Source: an uncultured bacterium
GTDB taxonomy: Bacteria > Electryoneota > AABM5-125-24 > Hatepunaeales > Hatepunaeaceae
Length of the DNA stretch: 64,000 bases
Assembly (NCBI GenBank): GCA_964387885.1
Contig: CAYLYZ010000012.1
Location: 6,576-70,575, forward strand
Reading direction: 5' to 3'
Shown one piece after another: positions 10,742-21,545 of the stretch (positions within the stretch are counted from its first letter, which is position 1; each line of letters opens with the position of its first letter). Both the position numbers and the translations under genes were made by a program. The notes beneath the pieces are model-generated. The model was not told the origin of the DNA. It did no database searches and was given only the letters and a program-made list of their open reading frames with translations.

Positions 10742-13700
10742 ATGTTTGTTCACATCAACCCCATTCTCGCACTGCTAACCCTGACGATATTTGTTCAAAT
10801 CTCAAACCTCTATGCGTCCAGCATGGTGGAGGTAGCACTGAGAGATCCGGGTGATCTCGAAATATTGCTGCGAGGTGGATTCGATGTGACATACGTTTCT
10901 CATGGGCGGATGGCTGATGTTGTTATCCATGATGAAGATGAGCTTGAACGCCTTGGAGGGACAGGTCTCCGTTACCTGATCTCACAGCCAAATCTTGAGC
11001 AATATTTTATCGATAGAAACAGACCCGGCAGGGATCCGATGGGTGGATATCGGACACTTGCCGAGATAGAAGCGGAATTGGAGGATATGCATGCTGATTT
11101 TCCCGAAATAATATCCGAACCGATTTCGATAGGCGAGACGATTGAAGGCAGAAATATCTGGGCTGTAAAGATATCCGACTTTCCGGAAGAAGATCAGGAT
11201 GAGCCTGAAGTACTTTTTGTATCTCTTCTCCATGCTCGCGAAGCAATTACCCAGGCTGCATTGATGGAGGTAATGCACATCTTGCTGGAAGGTTATAATC
11301 AGGATGAGAGATTGACCAGATTGGTCGATGAAAGGGAGATTTGGTTCATACCGTGTTTTAACCCTGATGGCTACGCTTATAATGAGGAAATTAATCCTGA
11401 TGGTGGTGGGATGTGGCGTAAGAACAGGCGTGAGAATGAAGATGGATCAATGGGTGTTGATCTTAACAGGAATTGGGGTTTTGAGTGGGGCAGGGATAAC
11501 CTCGGTTCAGATCCTGACCCGGACTCCAATACCTATCGAGGAACAGAACCTTTTTCTGAGCCTGAGACCCAGGCTGGTCGGGAGTTTATGAATGAGCGAA
11601 ACTTCACCGTTTCTGTCTTCTTTCATGCGTATGGCAATCTGTGCCTTATCCCACCTGCCTATGATTATGTGCACGTTCCGCATCGAGGTGTTTGCATGGC
11701 TCTTGGTGAGAAAATGACGGTCGAGAGTACTTATCTTGTAGGAACCGGGTGGGAGATCATTTATCTGACGAATGGTGATTCCGACGATTGGATATATGGT
11801 TCTGATGAACACGAACTGATATTGCCATTCACTATCGAGATTGGCAGCAGACGGGATCACTTCTGGCCACCTCAGGATCGAGTGCAACCCTTGATAGATG
11901 AGAACATTGAATCAATTCTGACTGCAATCGAATTCTGCGATAATCCTAACCGGGCATTGCCACCGATACCACCGGATAACGTCGGAGTTGACATTGAAAA
12001 TGACAGGGAAATCTCAGTATTCTGGGATATACCTGAGGATGAGGATAATCCTCCTGTAAGTTTTGATATTATGGCTCGAATTCCCGGTGATCCCTATTTT
12101 GATGACATTTCAGATAACGAGGGAGATTGGGAGCTTTTTGAAGCCTCAAGATCACGATTCAATCCACATAGCGCTCCCGATTGTTTCAGAATGGAAGTAA
12201 GACCTGATTTCTCGCTAATAACAACAAGTTCCGAATTCATTGCCCCAGAAAGGATTGAAGCCTGGATGAGACTCGATCTCTCCTTTGATAACAATCTTGC
12301 AGTTGAGGTTTCTGAAAACGGATATGACTGGTTTGCACTGTCGGGTAGAGAGACTCAGGATATTATCAGGGATGAGTATAATCATGGTCCGGGATTGAAG
12401 AGAATTGATACAGATGATGGTTGGGAGCGATTCTGGTGGGATCTTGGAGACTGGGAGGGTCTGCAGGTTAAGCTCAGGTTCCGGCATTATCATTTCCGGA
12501 GTGCCGGACGCAATGACAAAATCTATATCGATGACATCGGTCCGCTTCCAGGTGTCGAATGGGAAGAGGTCATTGCGGAAAACATTGAAGATGATTCATG
12601 GATGGGTGAAATCGGACAAAGAGCCCGATTCGTTGATTTCTACGTCCGCGGCCACGATGCTGAAGGCGATGTCTCTTTCTGGAGCTTGCCTGAGCAGGTT
12701 GAATTTGATATGCCTTCATTTGATCTCCTCATAAACCAGGGCTGGTCGATGATCAGTGCTCCGATATTGCCGGTGGATTTGAATGTTAGTAACATTTTCA
12801 GTGAATTAGTTGAAAGAGAATTACTCATCATAATGAAAGATGGAAATGGACGTTTTTATGCTCCACAATTTGGATTCAATCAACTTGGTGATTGGGAACC
12901 TACACAAGGATACTGGATAAATCTCACCGAACAATTCGAGTTGGAATTGATTGGAGAGAGGATTGCAGTAGATACACCAATCCAACTTCACCAGAACTGG
13001 AATATGGTGGGATATTTACCTGATCAGGAATTACCAGCTCCGGAGGCGCTTGTTTCTCTTGAGGAAACGCTTCTCTTTGCCAAGGATGATAATGGCAGAT
13101 TCTGGTCGATTGAATTTGGATTTAATAATATGCCCGAATTTAGACCTGGTGAAGGTTATCTGATAAAATTAAGCGAAGCAGATGAATTGATCTACCCAGG
13201 GGAGAATGTAGCCATGACTCCTCGTGATCCCTTTGAAAATTATCAGGAGTCAGGGTTCCGTCCGCCAAGTCCGGATAACCACAGTCTAATATTGTTGATA
13301 AGAGGTCAAATCCCAGACGGGGAGATAATTGCAAGAGATACAGAATCTCAAATTGCCGGTGTCGCAGATGTCGAAAATGATCAGGTGAGAGTGGGAATAG
13401 CGGTATGGGGGGAGGTAGAACCTGATACTGAAGGATATGTGATCGGTGAAGAGTTTGATTTGTACTGGAGACCGAATGCGGGTTCTACAGAATTTCCCTT
13501 AGTATTAAGCTTGAATAAGGGTGACGAAACATGGCGACTTAACGGCTTTTCAATATTTGAGGCAGAGTATGAAATCAGTGATATTCAACCTCAAGGATTC
13601 AAACTTCACTCGGCATACCCAAATCCATTCAATAGTATAATTACCTTCTCTTACAGTGTATTTGAGCAAACAGATGTAGTATTAGAAATATTTAATTCAG

Positions 13701-13873
13701 GTGGTAGACTTGTCGATAAGATTCAAAATGGTTCTTTAATTCCGGGTTCTTACCAAATTGATTGGAGTGGAGAGGCATTTCCTTCCGGTGTCTATATTGC
13801 GCGAATGGATACAAAAGGATATATTACCAGCCAGAGAACAAATAATCAGATAAAAATGTTGCTAATTCGATAA
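10742..13873 (+). CDS. secreted M14 zinc carboxypeptidase fused to tandem Trp-rich modules and a T9SS CTD
   Basis: Signal peptide present. M14 motifs include HAREAIT, NPDGY, NRNW and EPET. Then two ~80-aa repeats (GWSMIS...MKDGNGRFYAPQFGF...) shared with the 17315 and 55292 genes, and a C-terminal YPNPFNS T9SS domain. Confidence 0.85.
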   Translation: MFVHINPILALLTLTIFVQISNLYASSMVEVALRDPGDLEILLRGGFDVTYVSHGRMADVVIHDEDELERLGGTGLRYLISQPNLEQYFIDRNRPGRDPMGGYRTLAEIEAELEDMHADFPEIISEPISIGETIEGRNIWAVKISDFPEEDQDEPEVLFVSLLHAREAITQAALMEVMHILLEGYNQDERLTRLVDEREIWFIPCFNPDGYAYNEEINPDGGGMWRKNRRENEDGSMGVDLNRNWGFEWGRDNLGSDPDPDSNTYRGTEPFSEPETQAGREFMNERNFTVSVFFHAYGNLCLIPPAYDYVHVPHRGVCMALGEKMTVESTYLVGTGWEIIYLTNGDSDDWIYGSDEHELILPFTIEIGSRRDHFWPPQDRVQPLIDENIESILTAIEFCDNPNRALPPIPPDNVGVDIENDREISVFWDIPEDEDNPPVSFDIMARIPGDPYFDDISDNEGDWELFEASRSRFNPHSAPDCFRMEVRPDFSLITTSSEFIAPERIEAWMRLDLSFDNNLAVEVSENGYDWFALSGRETQDIIRDEYNHGPGLKRIDTDDGWERFWWDLGDWEGLQVKLRFRHYHFRSAGRNDKIYIDDIGPLPGVEWEEVIAENIEDDSWMGEIGQRARFVDFYVRGHDAEGDVSFWSLPEQVEFDMPSFDLLINQGWSMISAPILPVDLNVSNIFSELVERELLIIMKDGNGRFYAPQFGFNQLGDWEPTQGYWINLTEQFELELIGERIAVDTPIQLHQNWNMVGYLPDQELPAPEALVSLEETLLFAKDDNGRFWSIEFGFNNMPEFRPGEGYLIKLSEADELIYPGENVAMTPRDPFENYQESGFRPPSPDNHSLILLIRGQIPDGEIIARDTESQIAGVADVENDQVRVGIAVWGEVEPDTEGYVIGEEFDLYWRPNAGSTEFPLVLSLNKGDETWRLNGFSIFEAEYEISDIQPQGFKLHSAYPNPFNSIITFSYSVFEQTDVVLEIFNSGGRLVDKIQNGSLIPGSYQIDWSGEAFPSGVYIARMDTKGYITSQRTNNQIKMLLIR

Positions 13874-13883
13874 CAAGAAACGC

Positions 13884-16577
13884 GTGTGTAAATTTACTTC
13901 AGCCATTGCATTCTACCTGTTGTACTGTTGTATTTGTACTCCCATCAGTGCGGAATCGCGAGAAATTCGAATACCGGTTAAGAAAGTAGATACCTTCCCC
14001 ATCCTTCAACCACCGGATTTGGATACATCCCTGAAAAGTAATCCTAACGGACTTGTCAGAGTTAAGCCCGTTACTCCTCAGTTCACACTTGTACTCTCCG
14101 GAGGGGGATTAAAAGGTCTGGCGCATATCGGAGTTTTGCAGTCTCTAACCGAAGCTGGCTTAGTACCCTATGGAATAGCTGCTGTATCATCCGGATCTTT
14201 GATTGGTGGACTATATGCAGGTGGTTTTACAACTGATGAAATTCTTCATCGACTGCGACTGTTAGAACCTGCCAGCCTGATGCTTGACAAACCGGAGCGT
14301 CGAAGTATGTTACTCGCACGTAAACAGGACCTGTCGAGGCACATTATTGAGCTCAGGTTATCAGATGATTTAACTCCAATCCTGCCTGGTGCAATATCCC
14401 CCGGACAAAGACTTTATCAACGACTTTTAGAACTGACATCTGATCTCCCATACAGGTTTGTCAGCGATTGGAGTGAATTGCCGACGAAAATACTCATTCA
14501 GGCTACTGATCTTTGTACTGGAACCGGAGTTGTATTTAAAAATGGCGACATGACGCCGGCTATCCGTAGTTCGATGACAGTTCCTCTTCTTTTCGATCCG
14601 TTTGTCATAGATACTCTGAAACTGATTGATGGTGGAATTACATCAAATATTCCGGTTGATCTTGCACGCGAAATGTTAGATGGAGTAGTTGTAGCGGTAG
14701 ATGTATCAGCAGAATTAAATAGATTCAAAACTCCACCTCAACCCTGGCAAATTGTTGATCAGGTCACAACGATACTTGAGCGGGAGACAAACCGGAAATC
14801 ACGTGCTGAAGCAGATATCTTAGTTATCCCCAATATAATAAACTCTCCCGAAGCCTCAGAGGATTATTTCCAGGTGATTCAAGCGGGACGAGACGCAATG
14901 GATGACTTATTGCAAGATCTAAGAGAACTTCTCGAGTCTCAGGAGGATGAAAAGGATCAAACATCATTCTACATTAAGCATGTTTTAGTTCAGGATGTAC
15001 CGGGTTATGAATATACTGTTCCTGAGTCGTGGACTAATGTAGATGTGGAAATTTTAGAGATAAAGCGTTTTCTGGTTGAGTTGCTGAACTCTGGTGAAGT
15101 AGAGCACTGCTGGGCAGAGTATATTGAAGAAAGTCAATCGCTTCTGTTGAAGATTGAACAAACTCCGATTCTCAATGAGGTGGTTTTTAAAGGCAATTTA
15201 TCAATTGTAGACTCGCTGTTACATTTAAGTTTTTCAGATCAGATCGGGAACAGACTTAATTATGATCAAATAAAAGTTGGTGTTGATAATATTCTTCGAA
15301 TCTATCGGTCGTCCGGATATGCCGTTGCTGGAATCAAGAGCGCGAATCTGAATAGAAATTCCGGAATTTTAACTTTAGCAATTGATGAGGGTAATCTCTG
15401 TTGTGTTGAGTTCAAGGGTTTGAAAAAGGTTCCACTTGGAGCGATTACACGTGAAGTTCCGTTAAAGGAATCCGAACCGGTTAACAGTTACGCTATCCAG
15501 AAAGCGACATCCGCACTCTATAATACCGGGCTATTCAGGAACATAAATCCTGAATTGGTCTATGATCCGGAGGGTAGCGGGAAATGGCATGTTGTTTTTC
15601 ACGTTCAGGAACATATTTCACCACCGATACGGCTCGGGCTGGCTTATCAATCCCAACATCGAACAAGGGGTTTCGGAGAATTAACCTGGCCAGGACCGTT
15701 TAACTACGCGGGGCGCCTCATATTCTACACATCGGTAGGTGAGATCGACACGGAGCATCGAATTGCATATAAAATGGAAATGGGAAATGAACTCTCGGTG
15801 CTGCATAATTTTATTTTTGGATATTCAAGACAATACCGATATCCCTATGATCAGGATCATGAACGGCTTCGCGGTGAAAGATTTGAGGAATCCCGGTGGG
15901 GTGGACTGATTGAGGTCGGAGCACAGGCTGAAAGCTGGGGATTGCTGGCGTTTACTGCACGGATGGAGAGTCATGATAATTATTACGAGACAGAGACAGA
16001 ACATTATCAGCTTTCGGCAATCGGCCTAAAACTCGGGCTCGATAACCTTGATCGTTTTCCATATCCGAACGAGGGAATACAGTTAAAATCGAAATTTGAG
16101 ACTTCAGGCAAATTTATTGGTTCGGATGTAGATTTCTATAAGTTCACAAGCTCAATTGAGACGTATTATCAACTTATCCCCAGATACACTGTTGGAATGA
16201 GATTTATCGGGCGGACGGCGGACAGGACAACACCCCGCGATGAGCGGTTCAGGTTAGGCGGTATACATGAGTTCCCGGGTCTAAATCTGGATGAGAAAGA
16301 GGGCATTATTCAGATGACTGGGGGTATCGATCTTCGCTTTGATCTCCTCAGCCGCGCATTATCTGACACCTATATCGGAATCAGGTCTGATATTGGCGGT
16401 AGTTGGAGCGATCCAGCCGCCCAGATTGTTAAAGATGATTGGATGCGCTCAGTAGCAGTATATATTGCTTTAGACACAGTATTAGGTCCGATTCACCTGC
16501 AGTGGGGGCACCTGTTCCCGAGCGCGACGGTAAGAAAGCAGGACATTATTTTTATTCAAGCGGGAAGTACTTTTTAG
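13884..16577 (+). CDS. patatin-like phospholipase fused to POTRA plus Omp85-family beta-barrel (PlpD-like, type Vd secretion)
   Basis: GTG start with a signal peptide. Patatin oxyanion hole GGGLKG and nucleophile elbow AVSSG, then a DGG segment. The C-terminal barrel ends ...IQAGSTF. Confidence 0.7.
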   Translation: MCKFTSAIAFYLLYCCICTPISAESREIRIPVKKVDTFPILQPPDLDTSLKSNPNGLVRVKPVTPQFTLVLSGGGLKGLAHIGVLQSLTEAGLVPYGIAAVSSGSLIGGLYAGGFTTDEILHRLRLLEPASLMLDKPERRSMLLARKQDLSRHIIELRLSDDLTPILPGAISPGQRLYQRLLELTSDLPYRFVSDWSELPTKILIQATDLCTGTGVVFKNGDMTPAIRSSMTVPLLFDPFVIDTLKLIDGGITSNIPVDLAREMLDGVVVAVDVSAELNRFKTPPQPWQIVDQVTTILERETNRKSRAEADILVIPNIINSPEASEDYFQVIQAGRDAMDDLLQDLRELLESQEDEKDQTSFYIKHVLVQDVPGYEYTVPESWTNVDVEILEIKRFLVELLNSGEVEHCWAEYIEESQSLLLKIEQTPILNEVVFKGNLSIVDSLLHLSFSDQIGNRLNYDQIKVGVDNILRIYRSSGYAVAGIKSANLNRNSGILTLAIDEGNLCCVEFKGLKKVPLGAITREVPLKESEPVNSYAIQKATSALYNTGLFRNINPELVYDPEGSGKWHVVFHVQEHISPPIRLGLAYQSQHRTRGFGELTWPGPFNYAGRLIFYTSVGEIDTEHRIAYKMEMGNELSVLHNFIFGYSRQYRYPYDQDHERLRGERFEESRWGGLIEVGAQAESWGLLAFTARMESHDNYYETETEHYQLSAIGLKLGLDNLDRFPYPNEGIQLKSKFETSGKFIGSDVDFYKFTSSIETYYQLIPRYTVGMRFIGRTADRTTPRDERFRLGGIHEFPGLNLDEKEGIIQMTGGIDLRFDLLSRALSDTYIGIRSDIGGSWSDPAAQIVKDDWMRSVAVYIALDTVLGPIHLQWGHLFPSATVRKQDIIFIQAGSTF

Positions 16578-16591
16578 GAGTAGTAGAGCAA

Positions 16592-16864
16592 ATGTACAAA
16601 TGTCCCCACTGCGAAGAGGAATCGATATCTCTGTGGTCAAAAATTGGAACCGGACCTCTTTCTTCAGTTACATGTCTCAAGTGTGGCAAGAGGTCATCCA
16701 CCACAGGTTCCGCGCAATTATTTGCCCTTATCCCGGTCATCATCGCCGTTTTCCTCCCGAATTTTATTCCGGCTCTTGTTCCGTTTAAGGTTCAATTAAT
16801 AGCTATTGTGGTTGTGGTTTCGATGTTGATTTATGGGATGGCGGCGCCGCTTGTAAAAAGGTAG
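16592..16864 (+). CDS. small zinc-ribbon membrane protein (CPHC...CLKC plus 2 TM helices)
   Basis: AGGAG RBS 8 nt upstream of the ATG. Coding length is 90 aa. No family recognised. Confidence 0.45.
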   Translation: MYKCPHCEEESISLWSKIGTGPLSSVTCLKCGKRSSTTGSAQLFALIPVIIAVFLPNFIPALVPFKVQLIAIVVVVSMLIYGMAAPLVKR

Positions 16865-16914
16865 AATTTGTAGATGTTCACAGCCAGATTCAGCCTTTGG
16901 CTGAACGCGGATAG

Positions 16915-17100
16915 ATATATCCGCGCTCCCCAATCTGGAATCCGTATTCCCAATCTGGGGAGGACGAGTATATTTACTCGTCTAAAAGACATACGACGGA
17001 TTACATTGTCTGACTGACAGTTTGGTTCGGACACATAGGTAACACATCTTGATTGCCCTTCGGGCAAAGACGGACAGGAATGTCCGTCCTCCCCGGTTTT
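16915..17100. repeat. REP family 1 composite element (GCGCTCCCC ... GGGGAGGACGAGTA-TATT-TACTCGTC ... GACGGACAGGAATGTCCGTCCTCCCC)
   Basis: Several nested hairpins. The terminal unit is identical to the cores at 27950, 29440 and 38730. Confidence 0.75.
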
Positions 17101-17254
17101 GTCAGGAATTCCATACTCCCCGATTAAGATACCGTTGCCTCGATCCAAGAGGTCGGGGAACACACAGAAATAAACCTTGCAATAAAATGTAGAATTGCTT
17201 ATTTAATGAGTAGTTATGCAGGTCGGCTTCTTAAGCCGACGTAAATTCTTTTTG

Positions 17255-17280
17255 TTGGGATAAGATCCCGACCTACACAA
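17255..17280. repeat. REP family 2 unit (GTTGGGATAAGATCCCGACCTAC)
   Basis: Palindrome GGGAT-AAG-ATCCC. It is related to the 46056, 46467 and 50275 copies. Confidence 0.7.
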
Positions 17281-17314
17281 CCGAGATCTATACCAATCAC
17301 TAACGGAGAATCCC

Positions 17315-20300
17315 ATGCAAAGAACCTCACTATATAACCTAATCTGCATCTTAGCGATAATCCTTACCTCCTTCCCAATTTGTGCTTCAGGAGAGATTTC
17401 CATAAATCCGGCAGGAATAGCCGTTCAAGCGGCTAATGAAGAGGTTACGGAAACTGTTTTCTCCGTTCACAACAACTCTGAAACCGATTATAATTACAAC
17501 GTTTCCTTTAACATCGTTAATTTCCAACCTGTTGAGGATGAAGAAGAACGTCGAGGTCCGGTTCGAGATGATCCCGGTGAGATAATCAGGGAATATGATG
17601 TGCCCTACCGCAACACTGTTGGTATGGCATGGGATGATGAGAATGGCTGGATGTGGGGACTCGCCTGGTCAGATACGCGACTATATGCACTTGATCCTGA
17701 AAACGGAGACATTTTATTTAACGGAGCATGTCCCAGATCGACACTGAGTATGTTTTACAATGATGGTTTGCTCTATATCGGTGGTTACAATAATAATCCC
17801 AGCGTTATTTACCGCTATGACACTCAGGGCAGACAAGTTAATAATTTCAGGGTTCCGCGAAACTTAACCTGGTCTCACATTGGGGGAGATGACCGGTATA
17901 TTTATGTCGTGCAGTATCCTAACGCAGGTGGGCAGGGTGAGGTCTATGTTTTAGACAGTGAAAATAATTATCAGGAGATCGCTGCTATTGACTGCAGTGA
18001 GTGGATTGAGGATCAGACCTATGGAGTTGAGGCTATACATTCACATCGTGAAAACTGGCTCTGGCTGAGTGACAGGGAATCTTTGTATCAGTTCAGAGTC
18101 GATGAAGAGTGGAATGCGGAACTTGTAAGACAGTTTGAGACTGTTGAAAGTGGTCATACCGGACTCGCACACGACGGAGAAAATTTATGGCGAGGAACAT
18201 ACGACGGTGAAACACGGATCTGGTATGTAATTGATGATGGTGTTCCGGAGAGATTAAACGTCGGGATTGAACCTGATGCCGGTGTCGTCGAAGCAAATGG
18301 TGTCCGGGATATTGCGGTAACTATCGCACCGGAGAATAGCGAATCCGGAGTTTATAATGGATCTGTTTCGATTGAATTATGGGAGGATGTGGAGAATCCG
18401 GAAATTACAGAAATCGATTTTTCGATGGTCGTCTCGCTTGAAACTCCGGTCGCAAATATCGTAGGGACAATAACGGATGCTGCAACAGGAGAGGTCTTAG
18501 AAGGAGCAAGAATTGGTCTTGGTGAGTATGCTTATTACCGGTTATCGGATGATGAGGGTGTTTATGCAATGAATGATCTGCCTCGGGGAGTTTATAACCT
18601 GACATTGCTCGCACCGGATTACCTGACCTATACCGAAGAGGTTGATATCTCAGATGTCGAAGAGGTCGAAATTGACCATGCATTTCTTCACTCCAGATGT
18701 ACACCTGATCCGGATGAGATTTTTACCGAACTTGCCCTGGATTCTGAAACGGAGCTTTCATTAGATATTACAAATGGGGGTAACGGACCACTCACATATT
18801 CAGTAAGTAAACACCTTCTCGGTGAGGCCGATGCTGCGCCCTGGACATTAAGGCAATCATTTCAAGTGGGAGAATTATTAGAAGACAGCAATATTTATGC
18901 AACCGCATTTATTAATGATCGGTATTATATCGCAGGTGGTAACGATAATGATCCGGTGATCTATATACTCAACCGAGATGGAGAATTGACCGGAACATTC
19001 GCTCAGCCAGGTGAATCCAGGCGGGGGATTAAGGACATGACTTATGATGGTGAATTGATCTGGGCGCCAGTTGAGAATACAGTTTATGGGATCAGTCCAG
19101 ATGGAGAAGTTCAGGCTTCCTTTGACGCTCCAAATAATCCAACAACTGTTATAGCCTGGGATGCCGACCGGGAATGCCTGTGGCTGGGAAGTACAACGCG
19201 AAATCCTGTCGGGTATGACCGAGAGGGGAACCGTCTCGAAAACCTCGAGGTTGATCGATCAGACCTCAGAATATACGGGATGTCTTACTGGCAGGAGGAT
19301 CCGGATAACTCACCGCTATACCTCTATAATCGAGAACGGGAGACAAACCGGCAAATCGTTTATAAGGTTAACATCGAGGAGGATGACACAACGTTCGTCG
19401 CCTATCTTGATCCTGAGGGAGGAGGGAGTACTCAGGGGTGTTACATAACCAATCAGGTCGATAATTTGAGCTGGGTGATGCTGACAATTGCCAGCGTATC
19501 ACCGAACGACGGCGGCGACAGGCTTAATATATGGCAGGTTGCGAACAATACGAGCTGGTTCAACATCGAACCTGCCCAGGGGATAATCGAAGCTGAAAAC
19601 ACTCAGGAATTCCGCGTTACCCTCAACTCTACAGGATTGATCCCGGACGAATACTCCGGAGAATTCGCTTTTAACCATGATGGAATAGGTGGATTAACAA
19701 GCATCCCGGTGACTCTCACTGTTGGTGATGGACCTCGTCAGGCAGATCAGCGGATTCCGCTGAGAAGAGGCTGGAATATGATATCGGCTCACCTTGAACC
19801 GGACGATCCCGATGTGCGAGTAATTGTTCGCACACTCGTCGAGAACGAATCATTCATAATGATGAAAAACGGTTCCGGGCAGTTCTACAGCCTCCAGTTC
19901 AACTTTAATAACATCCCGGGGTGGAATGTCGAAGAGGGTTACTGGATGAAAATGGCTGAGGCGGATGAACTTGTTATGAGTGGTATGACAGTCGAATGGA
20001 ATCAACCGATACCACTCTCGCAGGGCTGGCAGATGATCAGCTACTATCCGACACAACCGGTGGATGCAGTAATTGCACTGTCAGGCTTAGGTGACCTTCT
20101 ATTAATCGCAAAAGATCAACAGGGCAGGTTTTACGCTCCCCCATTTGGCTTCAGCAATATGGGAGATATGGAACCGGGTCGGGGATATCAGGTGAAACTC
20201 TCCGAGGATGCGGAATTGGTCTATCGATTGCAGGAAGAGGAAGAACTGGCGGATTTTTCCGATAATTCAAATCCTGTTCATTTTCCAACTCCGCCTGTGA

Positions 20301-20878
20301 CGAGTCAGAATATGAGCTTGCTGGTGTTTGCAGATCAGCAATCAGGTGAGATAGGTATTTTCAGTGGGGATCAATTGTTCGGCTCAGGAATGATTCGGGA
20401 TGGGAAATGTGGAATCGCTGTTTGGGGAGATGATCCATCAACCGAGATTCCGGATGGTTTAATGGATGGTGAGTCATTCCGTTTTGTTATGTGGAATGAG
20501 GATAGAAAAGAAACGGTTGAAATCCAGAATCCTGAAATTATTCAGGGTGATGGAATGGAATATCACACGGACGAATTTCTGGTTGCAAAAATCAATGATC
20601 CCTCCGATGTCCCAACCGAATTTTACCTGTCAAACGCCTACCCCAACCCGTTCAATAGTACAACCCTTCTCCATTTTGGAGTACCAGAGCAAGCCAGGGT
20701 AAATATAAGCGTGTATGATGTAAATGGCAGGATAATCCAGACACTGAAAAATGAAGAAATGAAAGCAGGGCGTCATACGGTTGTTTGGGAGGCTCAGGGG
20801 ATAAGTGCGGGGGTTTATTTTGTTCGGATGGATTTTGGGCGGGGTGTGTTTGTTGGGAAGGTGGTTTTGGTTAGGTGA
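17315..20878 (+). CDS. giant secreted protein: predicted beta-propeller N-region, carboxypeptidase-regulatory-like domain, tandem Trp-rich modules, T9SS CTD (paralog of 55292..58831)
   Basis: Signal peptide present. CarbopepD_reg-like segment TITDAATGEVLEGARIG...YNLTLLAPDYLTY. Modules GWNMISAHLEP...MKNGSGQFYS and GWQMISYYP...AKDQQGRFYAPPFGFSNMGDMEPGRGYQVKL. C-terminal YPNPFNSTTLLHFGVP. Confidence 0.8.
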   Translation: MQRTSLYNLICILAIILTSFPICASGEISINPAGIAVQAANEEVTETVFSVHNNSETDYNYNVSFNIVNFQPVEDEEERRGPVRDDPGEIIREYDVPYRNTVGMAWDDENGWMWGLAWSDTRLYALDPENGDILFNGACPRSTLSMFYNDGLLYIGGYNNNPSVIYRYDTQGRQVNNFRVPRNLTWSHIGGDDRYIYVVQYPNAGGQGEVYVLDSENNYQEIAAIDCSEWIEDQTYGVEAIHSHRENWLWLSDRESLYQFRVDEEWNAELVRQFETVESGHTGLAHDGENLWRGTYDGETRIWYVIDDGVPERLNVGIEPDAGVVEANGVRDIAVTIAPENSESGVYNGSVSIELWEDVENPEITEIDFSMVVSLETPVANIVGTITDAATGEVLEGARIGLGEYAYYRLSDDEGVYAMNDLPRGVYNLTLLAPDYLTYTEEVDISDVEEVEIDHAFLHSRCTPDPDEIFTELALDSETELSLDITNGGNGPLTYSVSKHLLGEADAAPWTLRQSFQVGELLEDSNIYATAFINDRYYIAGGNDNDPVIYILNRDGELTGTFAQPGESRRGIKDMTYDGELIWAPVENTVYGISPDGEVQASFDAPNNPTTVIAWDADRECLWLGSTTRNPVGYDREGNRLENLEVDRSDLRIYGMSYWQEDPDNSPLYLYNRERETNRQIVYKVNIEEDDTTFVAYLDPEGGGSTQGCYITNQVDNLSWVMLTIASVSPNDGGDRLNIWQVANNTSWFNIEPAQGIIEAENTQEFRVTLNSTGLIPDEYSGEFAFNHDGIGGLTSIPVTLTVGDGPRQADQRIPLRRGWNMISAHLEPDDPDVRVIVRTLVENESFIMMKNGSGQFYSLQFNFNNIPGWNVEEGYWMKMAEADELVMSGMTVEWNQPIPLSQGWQMISYYPTQPVDAVIALSGLGDLLLIAKDQQGRFYAPPFGFSNMGDMEPGRGYQVKLSEDAELVYRLQEEEELADFSDNSNPVHFPTPPVTSQNMSLLVFADQQSGEIGIFSGDQLFGSGMIRDGKCGIAVWGDDPSTEIPDGLMDGESFRFVMWNEDRKETVEIQNPEIIQGDGMEYHTDEFLVAKINDPSDVPTEFYLSNAYPNPFNSTTLLHFGVPEQARVNISVYDVNGRIIQTLKNEEMKAGRHTVVWEAQGISAGVYFVRMDFGRGVFVGKVVLVR

Positions 20879-20892
20879 TCAGTATCATATCT

Positions 20893-20994
20893 GGAGTGCT
20901 CAAGCCATGCTTGAGCTTTCCAAATGTGTGTTCGACTCGTCGCTCAATTTCAATTTGACTGGACTGGTACGCTCAAGCCATGCTTGAGCACTCC
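20893..20994. repeat. REP family 3: inverted pair of palindromes GGAGTGCTCAAGCCATGCTTGAGC ... GCTCAAGCCATGCTTGAGCACTCC
   Basis: Each half is a palindrome around CATG, and the pair forms a long hairpin. A second copy lies at 54992-55070. Confidence 0.8.
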
Positions 20995-21119
20995 ATAAAA
21001 TAGCTATTCACGAATCGCCCCAAATCGTAGCCTCGACCCTTGTGGTCGAGGGAAAATACTTGCAAACAAATGTTTAATTGCTTATTTAATGAGATAACAA
21101 TCTTCAAACAGAGGTTACA

Positions 21120-21545
21120 GTGAGTACCCCTGACATACGCTGGATACAACGCTTTAATAACTTCAAAAAGGCGTTTTCACAACTAAAGAAAGCCGTTGAG
21201 TTGGCTCAGACTCGTGACCTGACTGAACTTGAGCAACAAGGATTAATAAAATCCTTTGAGTACACCCACGAACTCGCCTGGAAAACGCTGAAAGACTTTC
21301 TCGAAAATCGTGCTGTTAAGGATTTGTTCGGTTCAAAAGACACAACCCGTGAGGCTTTCAAGACCGGGCTGATTAAGGACGGAGAATCATGGATGGAGAT
21401 GATCAAGAGCCGTAACCTGACCTCGCATACCTATGACGAATCCACCGCGGCTGAAATAGCGAGTGATATCCTTAATTCCTATTTCAACAATTTTCTGTCT
21501 CTTCAAAAAGAACTTGATAAACGCACTATCGAGGAAACTTCATGA
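21120..21545 (+). CDS. HEPN-domain nucleotidyltransferase substrate-binding protein (HI0074/HepT-like toxin)
   Basis: 141 aa. N-terminus D-IRWIQRFNNFKKAF matches the HI0074 family. The Rx4-6H HEPN motif is plausible at RNLTSH. Confidence 0.7.
   Translation: MSTPDIRWIQRFNNFKKAFSQLKKAVELAQTRDLTELEQQGLIKSFEYTHELAWKTLKDFLENRAVKDLFGSKDTTREAFKTGLIKDGESWMEMIKSRNLTSHTYDESTAAEIASDILNSYFNNFLSLQKELDKRTIEETS

Noticed and set aside
13874-13883. Possible fusion of the M14 carboxypeptidase and the patatin gene into one operon unit or frameshifted gene
   Set aside because: The carboxypeptidase ends with a complete T9SS CTD and a stop codon. The patatin gene has its own signal peptide and GTG start. These are separate genes, probably co-transcribed.
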